The notes under the pieces were generated by a model. It worked only from the letters and a program-made list of their open reading frames with translations, was not told where the DNA came from and searched no databases. The position numbers and the translations under genes were made by a program. From assembly GCA_951406725.2 (NCBI GenBank), contig OX597817.1:13578001-13642000 (forward strand): 64,000 bases of DNA, read 5' to 3'. The stretch is from Octopus vulgaris (taxonomy: Eukaryota). The first letter of the stretch is position 1. Every line of letters begins with the position of its first letter. This document shows positions 24,761 to 38,118 of this stretch, one piece after another.

Positions 24761-24960
24761 CTAAGAAATAAAGGAAACAATAAAGTAGAAATCCATCTGT
24801 AGTAATAGCATAATTTATATTTAACCCTTTAACATTCCAATTACTCTGTCAAATGTAATGTTTATTTGTTCACATTGTTTTGAATTAATGATGCATTATC
24901 TTATAGCTCTGAGATTTTGATAATGTGACTGTTTATTCTGAATGACATCGTAAGGTATAG

Positions 24961-25366
24961 TTCTATATTTAAGAGATGAGGAATTATGTACATTGTTTAC
25001 ATTTGACGGATATTTCTCCTCATCTTGTTTGTTGTTAACACAACGTTTTGGCTGATATACCTCCCAGCCTTCATTAGGTATTTTAAGGAAATTTTGAACC
25101 TGGGTTCTCATTCCTAAGGTATTTTTCAATGTTATTATTATTATTATTATTATTATTATCATCATCATCATTATTATTATTATTCGGGTCACTGCCTGGA
25201 ATCGAACTTGGAATCTTGTGGTTAGTAGCCCGTGCTCTTAACCACTACACTATACGCCCATGTTCGAAATTTCCCCAAGACACTTGATGAAGGCTGGAAG
25301 GTATATCAGCCAAAACGTGTTAACAACAAACAAGATGAGGACAAATATCTGTCAAATGTAAATAAT
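24961..25366. mobile_element. Penelope-like inverted pLTR remnant, same family as 14746-15242
   Basis: arms ~24995-25100 / ~25262-25366; TTGATGA-AGGCTG-GAAGGTATAT-CAGCC-AAAAC degenerate hammerhead. Confidence 0.6.
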
Positions 25367-26640
25367 GATTGTAGGGTATGTGTGAGAGGTCGAATCTGGT
25401 TAGTTTCAAAATAAAACAAGGTAGAGTATTTAAGCTGGGTATTGTCAGTTTAAATCCTAATTGGTTGAACATAATTACATCTGAATTATTCAGTAAATCG
25501 TCAGAACTATAATCTCTGCTTTATATTTTATGTCATGTTCAAGTCTTTACGGCAACATTTTTGTTGTATTCTCTATAGATAAATACTGCTAAAATTCATG
25601 CTGTTTCCATCAGATTTAACTTTTTTGTCATCAATCATATGATTACAGTCTGAATAGGAATTTTCTACATTGATTTCTTTCAGTTATGTATAACACAAAC
25701 ATAACATGTTTAATGCATGTTGAATTAAAAGAAATCTTATGAGAAATAAAACAATATAAACTAATTGCTAATAGGCCTTGCTACTACAATAGGCAACACA
25801 TCAGTCTCAGGAACCAAATAAGTTTTTTTTTTTTTTACCCCAGCAAATGGAGGCAGTAATTGTAGACATGTTTTAGACTTATTCTAACCTTGTCATTGCA
25901 GCACAGACTTCACTTTACTTGCTGAATTAGTGCCGAAAGCAACACTAAGTAAATATTATAAACAGGTTGGTATAGGAAACTATAATAGTGTCGACAATAA
26001 ATAACTCAGAAATATCAGTCAATAACCAATATTGTTTATTATATGGAATTGACTTCCATATTTGTCAGAAAAATGAAAACAATATTAGTCAGTCTGTTCA
26101 TCTCCTCACAACTCCATAATTATTTCTAATTAACTTTTTAATATATTGACTCTAACTTAATTATTGTTATTAATATAGGTAATGTTTCTGAATTATATAT
26201 TCTCTAAACACTTAGTGACCTGGAATATAACAGTCAACTGTTGTAAGTGCTGCTAGATCGGTGGTAAATCCCAAATACTTGGGAATGAAGATTTGGTAGT
26301 TGGTTGAGACATTTTAATTCAATGCGATCTAGTGCCTGTTTGAGCTATGTTAGGGGATTTTCTCTTGTCCCAATGACCTAATTAAAGCTATGGGTTGTTT
26401 TTATTTCATTACAGAGCTAGCTGTTTTCCTAAAGTATAAAATGAAATACTTTCAATAAAGGAAATTGGTTTGAAGTGCTAGCTAAAGCATACGATCCTTC
26501 TTCAGCACTTTATTTGAAAAACAGAATTAATTAAAGAAACATGTTTGTGTTATAAAAGAAAAAAATGTATTTTTGTATATATCATAGCAATATTTTTAGA
26601 AAAACAGAGAGATAATTTCTTCCAGATGTTGCATACTTAC

Positions 26641-26723
26641 ATATTAAAGTTGTAATGACCTGGATAGTTTGTATGCAAAATGAATTTTTTCACTACGTGG
26701 GTGTTTGCATCAAAAAGTATGTC
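26641..26723 (-). CDS. PHAF1: PHAF1 exon (DILFDANTHVVKKFILHTNYPGHYNFN)
   Basis: tag/gtaagt; LHTNYPGHYNFN signature. Confidence 0.97.
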
Positions 26724-28362
26724 CTAAAACAAAAGACAAAATAAAATTACAAAAAAAAAACATAGGCAGGGTTCAATTAAAATGAATTTTTTTTTTATTA
26801 TTTGTTTATATATGATAAATTAAATAAAAAGTGGGACTTTAATCAAAGTACAAATTAACATTCTGTTTAATATTCATCTAATGGCTGGTGAGAGCAAAAA
26901 CAGTGAGAGTAAACAAAATCTGCATATAACAATTTAGGAAAATACTCAGCAAAACAGTAAAATGTACTTAGTACATAACATAGAATTTGTAGGTCATGTG
27001 TGTATGTGTATATATATATATATATATATATCTATGTGTGCTGGTGAAACGTAAAAAAAAAAAAAACAAAAAAAAAACACGATATTTCCGTGACCGCTGC
27101 CAGTACCGCCTGACTGGCCCTCGTGCCAGTGGCACATAAAAGCACCCACTACATTCTTGGAGTGGTTGGCGTTAGGAAGGGCATCCAGCTGTAGAAACAC
27201 TGCCAAATCAAGATTGGAGCCTGGTGCAGCCATCTGGTTCACCAGTCCTCTGTCAAATCGTCCAACTCATGCTAGCATGGAAAGCGGACATTAAACGATG
27301 ATGATGATGATGATATATATATATATATATATATGTGTTGTCGTGGCTATTCGGTAAGAAGTCTGCTTCCCAGCCACATACGGTTTCATGTTCAGTCCCA
27401 TTGCACAACACCTTTAGCAAGTGTCGTCTAGTAAAGCCTTGGGTCAACCAAAAGCTTTACAGTGAGTCTTGTAGATGGAAACTAAAAGATACCTGTTTCA
27501 CGTGTGTGTACCTGTTTCACATGTGTGCATGAGTGTAGGTGTGTTTACACACACACACATATATGTATAATGATAGGCTGCTTTTCAATTTCCACTGATC
27601 CACTTTCAAGCTTTGGTCAGTCAGAGGCTATAGAAGACACTTATCCAAAGTGCCATGCAATGAGATTGAACCTGAAGCAAACTTCTTAAACACACAGCCT
27701 ATTGCTTATCGACATTAATTAGTCAAAAAAGTAATATGTTGCAAAGGTAAAATTAGATAAATGAAAATATGACAATATAGTTTGATGTTGTAGAGAAGAG
27801 AGCTGTTATAGCAAAGGTAGTTAAGGTCAGAACAGAGAATGTTACAACTGGCCAAATAGGGAATGGCTTATCAAAGGGCTGACAGTTTGTGTCTCTTTAC
27901 TAGCCTCTGTATATGTCTTCGGATAACATTAAACTTGTAATAGTCAAGCTCATTTATCAGTGAAATAAGAACTACAGACAAACAAGTACAGACCCTCCTT
28001 TGTTGCAAGAAGTGATGGACTGTGTAACTGGTGTTTTATCAGCTTTTATGCCAAATTGAACTCATCCACTAAATAAAACATTCTAACTAAACTCAGTTTA
28101 TCAAAGCACTGCACTGACAGAGAGAATACCAAAGCCTCTTTTATCACTGCCTGGTGCTCCAGCAAACATCCATACAAAATTGTGCAATGGTGCAATTTAC
28201 TCATGCAAGTTACAGCTGATCAGCTAAAATATATTTGACAGAGACAGAGAAGAAATTATGTAAGCTTGCCTGATGTAATTCAGGATAGAAAAATAAACAC
28301 ACATGGTGATGTTGGAGTTGATGGAAAATATAAAAATTTTTTTTTGAAAATATTTTCCCAAT

Positions 28363-28790
28363 AGGCGCAGGAGTGGCTGTGTGGTAAGTAGCTTGCCTAC
28401 CAACCACATGGTTCCGGGTTCAGTCCCACTGCGTGGCACCTTGGGCAAGTGTCTTCTGCTATAGCCTCGGGCCGACCAAAGCCTTGTGAGTGGATTTGGT
28501 AGACGGAAACTGAAAGAAGCCTGTCGTATATATGTATATATATATATATAAGTGTGTGTGTGTACATGTGTTTGTGTGTCTGTGTTTGTCCCGCTAGCAT
28601 TGCTTGACAACCGATGCTGGTGTGTTTACGTCCCCGTTACTTAGCGGTTCGGCAAAAGAGACCGATAGAATAAGTACTGGGCTTACAAAAGAATAAGTCC
28701 CGGGGTCGATTTGCTCGACTAAAAGCGGTGCTCCAGCATGGCCGCAGTCAAATGACTGAAACAACTAAAAGAGTAAAAGAGTAAAAGAGT
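28363..28790 (+). mobile_element. SINE family A
   Basis: full-length copy. Confidence 0.85.
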
Positions 28791-28811
28791 AACAAAATAT
28801 CAGATTTCTTA

Positions 28812-29027
<216 letters not shown>

Positions 29028-29446
29028 TTACAAAATGATTACATAACATTAACTCAATGGTGTCATTATTTTGACAGTTTTTTTTTTGCATAACAATTTT
29101 CAGACATGACTGTAACATTAATAACTAAAAAGGATACATTGGACAACTTTCTGATTAGCTGCTCCAAATAGGTATGACATCTGAGATTATCTTGTGAAAG
29201 CTGGAAGTATCTATCTTTACAACTCTAAAACAGCTTATAATGCTATTGAATTGTACAATAATCTATTAACACTCCTCACTCCTTCATTCAATAATTTCAT
29301 GCTAAATGTTGATCTTCTCAGCACTAATGTCTTGCTATCTTCAACTCATCATGCTTTTTTGTCTTTTATGAGGGGGTGCTGAGAAGTTCCTAGCTTTGGG
29401 TAGAAGAAAATACAGGAGGATCAGTTAATTATGATTTTATTCAACA

Positions 29447-29841
29447 CTAGCAGTATCGCCTGGCGTTGCTCGGGTTTGTAAGGGAAATAACTATATAAGC
29501 ATTTTTAGAGATGTAAAGTATAATAGCCATCTCAATATGGCTAACCACAAAGGGGGTGTTACTGTAGCTTTTTACGTTCTGAGATTTAATAATACATTTT
29601 TAGCGAGTTACTTCCCTTATATAATAGTAAAAAAAATGCATTCAAAATGGGAAAAAATGATGGTAAATTTTTTTTTAAATCGTAGACTCATCGTAGACGC
29701 GCGCTAATATCCAGAAGGGCTCGATATGAATCACGACTATAAGATACCCGGTTTTGGTTAAACTGCACCGCAAAATGTGGGAGTAGTTAGGAATCTAAAT
29801 TGTAGGAGACAGACACACAACTTCACTTTTATATATAAAGA
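29447..29841 (-). mobile_element. Non-autonomous Helitron carrying a retrozyme fragment, nested in a mariner-like MITE (~29368-29982)
   Basis: TC...hairpin-CTAG termini at an A|T site; near-identical to 33427-33822. Confidence 0.82.
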
Positions 29842-31801
29842 TATTCCCCTCTCAGGTTCACAGACTTATTGCGGCAGTCCTTCAAATTTTCTAAGCCCTG
29901 TAAATGAACTCAGAAGTTTGGGCCTCCAACTAGGCCTTTTGTGATAGCCTTAAAGCCAGGGACATTTTAGCACTCCACCGTACAAAGTTCAAGTTACTCT
30001 ATATAAGAAGTTCTGCAATTACTGAATCCTTAATCACTACCTCTTAGATAGGAATGTTCTTAAAAAAAATAAACTTTTTAAAAATCAACAAGAAAAATAA
30101 AGATGGGGTTTTAATATTGTATTACTACTTAATAGCCTATATTCTGATAATCATGACTCATAACTTATTTAACAACTGTTATTTCATTAAGTCAAACTGT
30201 GCTACTACTGTTTGGAAGCACTCCATTGGTTATGACGATGAGGGTTCCGGTTGATCCGAATCAGCGGAACAGCCTGCTCGTGAAATTAACGTGTAAGTGG
30301 CTGAGCACTCCACAGACACGTGTACCCTTAACGTAGTTCTCAGGGATATTCAGCGTGACACAGAGAGTGACAAGGCCGGCCCTTGAAATACAGGTACAAC
30401 AGAAACAGGAAGTAAGAGTGAGAGAAAGTTGTGGTGAAAGAGTACAGCAGGGATCACCACCATCCCCTGCTGGAGCCTCGTGGAGCTTTTAGGTGTTTTC
30501 GCTCAATAAACACTCACAACGCCCGGTCTGGAAATCGAAACCGCGATCCTATGACTGTGAGTCCGCTGCCCTAACCACTGGGCCATTGCGCCTCCTTGTG
30601 CTACTACTATATAGTATCTCTATAAAATATTTATCTTTTTTTTTTGTCATTGCTTCAACACAATTCTCAATTACAGTAAACCTACATATAATCAAAACAG
30701 CAAAGAAGGTGCTTAATTATCCTTCACATTACTTTAAACCCCACCACCCCAAAAAAAGTATCCCAGCATGGCCACAGCCTCTGGGTAACAGATTACGGCA
30801 AATGTTGTGATTCCACTTTCATAACTATATTATATCAATGGCGATTTTTTCCTCCCTTATTTATTTAAGCCAGATATTAATTTGTAAGCCAATTCATTGA
30901 ATAAAGTCCTGGTAATACAAATCCATTAACCCTACCTTTTACAACAGTTTATTCAATAAAGTAAACAGGAACAAAGATTTACATACATCTTCACAACAAC
31001 TCAACATAATTCTTCCTCAACAGCTGCCTGTCTCTTCTACATTCAAACACAAGATAATCAGGTTTGAAAATTTCCTTGCTTGGAATCCAGATTTCAATAA
31101 TTTACACATCACAAACTTCATGTCTTATAAAATATACAAATTTATATAAGTTTGTGACAACTAACAATACATGATGAATTGTCTTAAGGATATTTATATT
31201 AAACCAACGAACTTCAACTTGTAACTTGCAGGCAAGTCAACAGAATCCCCCAACCAATTTCTACTCCTAGTTGAAGAATCTAATATTTCTCTTATGGTAA
31301 AAAGGTATGAAAACACACAATATCTGTTCAGTGTTGCCACCTATCAGGTCTCTCAGACAAGCTAGTTGGCTTTTATCAATGGGAGGTACCTAAGAGAGGC
31401 AACTCTGAACAGACCTTGCACAGCTATAGCTTTTTGTAAAATGCAGTCAACAATGTTGACAGATTTGCACTGGTAGATCATCCAACTATGGAAATAACTG
31501 AAATATTAACACCAAATAGTGTTTAGGCACACACATACACACACACATATACATATATATGTAATTGATAATGGATGTTTGTATTTCAAGAATTAAGTAG
31601 TCAAGTATAAGGCTTTGATTACTTAAAAATAATCAGTGGACTTAGAAAGAATATTTCAAACCAGAGCATTAGTTTAGCTCAAAAAAAATATTAGGGTTCG
31701 AAAATGCCCCTTAATATAGTTAGAAAGAAGAAAACACACAGGAAACTATTCTAGCAGTTGTTTCTTAGGAGTGTTTATTTATTTATTTTCCTGGGAAGTA
31801 T

Positions 31802-32170
31802 ACTCTTTTACTTGTTTCAGTCATTTGACTGCGGCCATGCTGGAGCACCGCCTTTAGTCGAGCAAATCGACCCCAGGACATATTCCTTGTAAGCCCAGTA
31901 CTTATTCTATCGGTCTCTTTTGCCGAACCGCTAAGTGACGTAAACACACCAGCATCGGTTGTTAAGCAATGCTAGGGGGACAAACACAGACACACGAACA
32001 TATATACGACAGGCTTCTTTCAGTTTCCGTCTACCAAATCCACTCACAAGGCATTGGTCGGCCCGGGGCTATAGCAGAAGACACTTGCCCAAGATGCCAC
32101 GCAGTGGGACTGAACCCAGAACCATGTGGTTGGTTAGCAAGCTACTTACCACACAGCCACTCGTGCGCCT
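31802..32170 (-). mobile_element. SINE family A
   Basis: full-length copy. Confidence 0.85.
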
Positions 32171-32885
32171 ATAGTCATGATCAGAGAGAATGTCCAACAA
32201 AAGATACCCCATACCACAAATGTCAAATTAAAGGGCATTTTTGCTGGGTCAGCAAATCCAACAGCCAACACATTAATTTCTTTGAGCATATTAAGTTTAT
32301 CAACTTTACTGGAATATCCTTTCTTTTATGCATCATCATAGTGATTAATAACCACTCAACATCATAGCTGACAGTGGAAGCACTGATAATTTTATTTCAC
32401 CAAACAGTGCTAAGCAGAATGGTTTAGTCAATAAACCATTCAGAAATGATTTTGTGTTGGCCTCAATAAAGCTTAGTTCCCAAATTACATGAACATTCAA
32501 AGTTGATATTTAAGAATACTGAATAGTTGTACTCAGCCGCTAGTGTTTGCTATGCCCAGTCTCTGCTCAGATATAATAATTAACCAGAATCCCATCCTTA
32601 GCATTCTTCAGTTGTATTTAAATTTAATAAGCAAGATTAGTTATGACAAACACTCTTCATTACTTTAACTCTGAATGCCAAATCTATTGCTAAACTAACT
32701 CCAAAGTATACTGTGGATGATTGCAAATTTGTAAAACAAAAATGTAAACTACTCAATCAAAAGACATCATCACAAAACTGAATAACTTAACATGGGGCAA
32801 CTCAAGTTTTTGTTGTGACAGAATGTCAAAATCACAAAGAATACTTTGCCATTAATTTCTTTACCACCATTCAAACCCTTCTTAA

Positions 32886-33107
32886 CCCTTTAGCATTTAA
32901 ACTGGCCTTATCCGGCCAAAAGTATTCTGCCTGTTTTATGTTCAAACTAGTCAGATCTGGTCTCTCACACCAACCCTACAATATCATCTTAAAAGTTAAC
33001 AGCTACCTCATCAAAATCTCAAGGCTACAAGATAATGCATGATTAATTCAAGACAATGTGGATAAAAAATGCATTTATTTTGGCAGAATAATGTGAACAC
33101 TAAAGGG
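32886..33107. mobile_element. piggyBac-type MITE, inverted orientation
   Basis: TTAA TSD and CCCTTTAG TIRs. Confidence 0.8.
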
Positions 33108-33426
33108 TTAAAGCATTTCCAATGCAAATCGTTGAGAGTCACTACATGCTGTATCTCAATAGTCATATTTTGGAAAGACTGATATTAAACATAGCTTTTA
33201 TCAGCTACCAATGACAACTAACAACTTTTGACTATCCTTGCACTGTATTTTAAGCTTTGGGATAACTGTATCAATATACAAGACTTCAGTGTTACTGCAT
33301 GAATGCAGTGGTATGTTTTCAATGAGTGATTAATTGAATTATCACACAGAATAACCTTAAATCTACTTACTCATATTTAGATGGCATTACTGAATGTGGT
33401 AACTCTTTTGAAGATCATGACAGAAA

Positions 33427-33822
33427 TCTTTATATATAAAAGTGAAGTTGTGTGTGTCTGTCTCCTACGATTTAGATTCCTAACTACTCCCACATTTTGT
33501 GGTGCAGTTTAACCAAAAGCGGATATCTTATAGTCGTGATTCATATCGAGCCCTTCTGGGTATTAGCGCGTGTCTATGATGAGTCTACGATTTAAAAAAA
33601 ATATTACCATCATTTTCCCCCATTTTTAATGAATTTTTTTGCTATTATATAAGGGAAGTAACTCTCTAAAAATGTATTATTAAATCTCAGAACGTAAAAA
33701 GCTACAGTAACACCCCCTTTGTGGTTAGCCATATTGAGATGGCTATTATACTTTACATCTCTAAAAATGCTTATATAGTTATTTCCCTTACAAACCCAAG
33801 CAACGCCGGGCGATACTGCTAG
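33427..33822 (+). mobile_element. Non-autonomous Helitron carrying a retrozyme fragment
   Basis: A|TCTTTATATATAAAA...CCCAAGCAACGCCGGGCGATACTGCTAG|T. Confidence 0.85.
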
Positions 33823-34247
33823 TTTAGATATATTTCTATCATGTGCAACTCTGTTCAGTAGAAAAAAATGTGTGTTTTGGTAAGAGAAGCATCAATTTTC
33901 TAGGTTACTGTATTCAAGATCACTAAATAAAGTAAAATCCTGATCAAAAGTTTTGTTTTAAAATTCTTAATTCTGAAAAAGGAACTTGATTTGTTGACAA
34001 GGAAAATACCAACATTACAGCTTGTAGCCGAACAATTTTCTGAGAAGTGCATGCATAAACACACACGTGCACACCAGGTATCATTCAGTTTCGTGTCCCA
34101 AATCCATTTACAAGGCTTTGGTCAATCAAGGTGCCATGCAGTAGGACTAAACACGAAGCTATGTGGTTAGGAAGCGAACTTCTCAGCCACACAGCTATGC
34201 CAGTAAATATAAACATAAAATCTGATTCCAGATTGGTGTTACTACAA

Positions 34248-34640
34248 CTCTTTACTCTTTTACTTGTTGCAGTCATTTGACTGCGGCCATGCTGGAGCAC
34301 CGCCTTTAGTCGAGCAAATCGACCCTGGGACTAATACTTTGTAAGCCCAGTACTTATTCTATCGGTCTCTTTTGACAAACCGCTAAGTGACGGGGACGTA
34401 AACACACCAGCATTGGTTGTCAAGCAATGCTAGGGGGACAAACACAGACACACAAACACACACACATACATATATACGACAGGCTTCTTTCAGTTTCCGT
34501 CTACCAAATCCACTCACAAGGCATTGGTCGGCCCAGGGCTATAGCAGAAGACACTTGCCCAAGGTGCCACGCAGTGGGACTGAACCCGGAACCATGTGGT
34601 TGGTTAGCAAGCTACTTACCACACAGCCACTCCAGTGCCT
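34248..34640 (-). mobile_element. SINE family A
   Basis: full-length copy. Confidence 0.85.
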
Positions 34641-34956
34641 ATTGTTAATTTTTGGTCATTTTAATCTCAACATTCATAGTTTTTCTTAAAGGAAGATGAA
34701 TGTTGTAACTCTACTTCCATTTGAGAATGTAACAGGGAATGGGCGAGTTCAGTTCCATACTTGAAACAGATTCTGGCATTAGACAATGTATCATGTAGTA
34801 AATTAAATTCTCTCCCTTCCTTAAGCTATTACTATGTAAACCTACTCGTTGAAGGAAGTTTTGGTATGCAGATCTTATATCGTTACTTCTGGATATGGCA
34901 TCAATCCTACCGCATATTTGAATTAAAAAATAACATATTCAAGAACGCTTACTTAC

Positions 34957-35033
34957 TTGACAAGAATCTGAGAATCTAACAATTCTGTCTACTGTTTTCT
35001 TTCTTGTGTCTAATAGTTTGCTGGAACCATTAC
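34957..35033 (-). CDS. PHAF1: PHAF1 exon (GNGSSKLLDTRKKTVDRIVRFSDSCQ)
   Basis: ttag/gtaagt; ends in conserved FxDSCQ. Confidence 0.92.
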
Positions 35034-36729
35034 CTAAGATGAAAAAAAAAAAATATTTCTATCAAAAAGACAAATGTTATACACATAACACTGCATTTAT
35101 TTAAAATCATCAAAGCAACCTATTTCTTTATTACCCACAAGGGGCTAAACATAGAGGGGACAAACATGGACAGACATAGGTATTAAGTCGATTATATCGA
35201 CCCCAGTGCTTAACTGGTACTTAATTTATCGACCCCGAAAGGATGAAAGGCAAAATCGGCCTTGGCGGAATTTGAACTCACAACGTAACGACAGACGAAA
35301 TACCGCTAAGCATTTCGCCCGACGTGCTAACGATTCTGCCAGCTCACCGCCTTATTCATCAAAGCAACCTCTCTACTGCAGTATTTCTAAATCTCTGTCA
35401 TCAATAAGCAAACAGAGGCTGCGACCATGCTGGAGCTCATTAATGACAGTTCCCCAGAATAGCTACAGCTTCTGACTAAAATAAGAATATGCTCATTATT
35501 AAATCATATATTGCTACAAATATTTAAATAAACAATTAGAATACATCTGACAGACTTCTAGTTTTACTTTTGTCTTGCAGATATTTTCGGTTCTCAATTT
35601 CAATTTCTTCACATTCTGATTCTGAAAAAGTTGTGATCTGGAAATATTTAAGAGTTTTCAGGAAATATTCATTTAACTTCTTAAATGTGTCTTATATCAG
35701 ATGTAATAAATGTGGTAAATGGCTATAACCAAGGAAATTCAATTTCTGAAGCTCAGAAGCACTTTAATCTCGTGAGTTACAAAGTGACCTCACTAGTGCT
35801 GGTGCCATGTCATGAAAAAATGAACCCAGTATAGTGTAAAATTGTTGGCATGAGGCTATAGAAACATATAAATGAAACATGGACTATACAAGTGGCATTA
35901 TAGGCTACTTGTCTATATAAGAACTGATAAAATGGAAGATGGGATTCTTTAGTTATGTCCCAGACTGTCTCTCCAATGCTAGTGGTATCATAAAATGGAT
36001 CCACTAAATGGTGTAAAGTGGATGGTGATAGAAAAGGTATCCAGCAATAGAAACTGTGTCAAATATGGAATGTACAATTAAGGTGGAATGCTATATAATT
36101 ACTGATAAAGGGGAGAGTACATCTTTACTCCTGCTATATTCAACTTCTGTAGTGTCAGTGGTACAACCCAATTTACACTGTAAGATATGTACAACCAACT
36201 TGGTCAGTTTTCTCAAGTCCCTAGTTTTGTATCAGATGATGTAATGAGACTGCGAGACACATCCATTTCAAGCCAGCATGTAAAAAAAGGGTTCAAATTG
36301 ATGATGCTTAGATCTATGTAAGACAAGTAAACAAAATTTGAAGCAAGCTAAACAGGATATTTGGGCTAAATTTGATGATTTTTTTTTATACCTCCTTTTT
36401 TGAAGAAAATCTTCATGTATTTAATTCTTTATTGCCCACAAGGGGCTAAACATAGAGGGGACAAACAAGGACAAACAAAGGGACTAAATCGATTACATCG
36501 ACCCCCAGTGCGTATCTGGTATTTATTTAATCGACCTCGAAAGGATGAAAGGCAAAGTCGACCTCGGCGGAATTTGAACTCAGAACGTAGCGGCAGACGA
36601 AATACGGCTACGCATTTCGCCCGGCGTGCTAACGTTTCTGCCAGCTCGCCGCCTTCATGTATTGGTAAACAGTAAACAGCATTGGAGAGCATAATAATTT
36701 AAGTTTCAGTTGAGAAAAAAATTAGCTGA

Positions 36730-37477
36730 CATGGCCAAGTGGAAGCCAACTGAATACGGGAAAAGAGTTACCTGTATTCTGTTAAAAGTATCAAAATGCC
36801 AAGATTGTGACTGCTGCTCAGTGGTCTGTGAACATTGTAAAGGCTGTAAAATGTGACACAGACAGCTGCAATGGAGACTACAAAGCCTAGGCCAGCAGGA
36901 AAGGACACACCAAGCATTCTAACTGCATGTTCTAGCAGAAATTCACCCTAAGACCTTTGAACAGGGCCTTAGGCTCAATTCAGTTGGTTATGTAAAGTTG
37001 TTGGAAACTGTAATCAATCCCTGGCTGGCGAGGGTTGCTGTTGGAAGTCCATATGTGAGGCAGCTGGATTTGGCCCTTTGCCGTACCTCCAGGAAGATCA
37101 GAAGCAGTATTCGGAGAGTATCTATGACTGCGCAAGCCCCAATTTTGGGCATCCTAATTCCCTTGATTGTAATCCCATGGATTACTATGTGTGGGGTGTG
37201 ATTGAAAATGAAACCAACCACTTTGCTAGTAAAATGAAGATCAAGGATGTGTTTGAAAACCTTCCTAAGGACACAGTGAGGAACACATGTGCCAGGTTCC
37301 ATAGCCGTCTTGAGGCTGTAGTGGAAACTAAGGGCAGTTCTTTTGAGTAAACTGTTATCTCCCAGCCATAATCTGGTCGATATTTTCGTTTCTTTTACAA
37401 TTGCTTTTATTTTTGGATGGAATATTGTGTTTTCTTTACCTTTTATGCAAACTGTCAAATTTAGCCCAAACACCCTG
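36730..37477 (+). mobile_element. Degenerate Tc1/mariner transposase remnant (C-terminal ..PNSLDCNPMDYYVWG...RLEAVVETKGSSFE)
   Basis: variant of the SPDLNPxD-W motif in ORF 37078-37350; ends CACCCTG|TA; left boundary approximate. Confidence 0.75.
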
Positions 37478-38005
37478 TAACGTATTAATTTATTTGTAAA
37501 TGTTCAAAGGCGGTGAGCTGGCAGAAACGTTAGCACGCGGGGCGAAATGCGTTGCCGTATTTCGTCTACTGTACGTTCCGAGTTCAAATTCAGCCGAGGT
37601 CGACTTTGCCTTTCATCCTTTCGGGATCCATTTGTCTGTCCCCTCTGTGTTTAGCCCCTTGTGGGTAATAAAGAAATAGGTATTTCGTCTGCCACTCCGT
37701 TCTGAGTTCAAATTCCGCCGATGTCGACTTTACCTTTCATCCTTTCGGGGTCAATAAATTAAGTACCAGTTACGCACTGGGGTCGATGTAAACGACTTAA
37801 TCCCTTTGTCTGTCCTTGTTTGTCCCCTCTGTGTTTAGCCCCTTGTGGGTAGTAATGAAAAAAAAAATATTTGTAAATGTTTTCAACATGATCTGATTCT
37901 CATTCTTAACGAGTTTCTTTCTTTTATTTATTTATTGGTCAACATAAGCCCACTAGTTATGGACATATTTAATGGAAAACACTACTTTAAATCCAAGTCC
38001 CTCAC

Positions 38006-38118
38006 CTTCAGTTACAAGAATGAACTTTAATCCTTTCGTAGAGTTGTAATCTCTCAGCACTTCAACACAATCGACAAAACAGTCTCCATGGAAACATGTG
38101 ATTGGTAGTGGAGGTGAT
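38006..38118 (-). CDS. PHAF1: PHAF1 exon (SPPLPITCFHGDCFVDCVEVLRDYNSTKGLKFILVTE)
   Basis: gcag/gtgag; phases compatible. Confidence 0.92.

Noticed and set aside
35546-35622. Purine-rich minus-strand segment resembling an extra PHAF1 exon
   Set aside because: The flanking exons already join in frame and match the human protein contiguously; no homology and a weak donor
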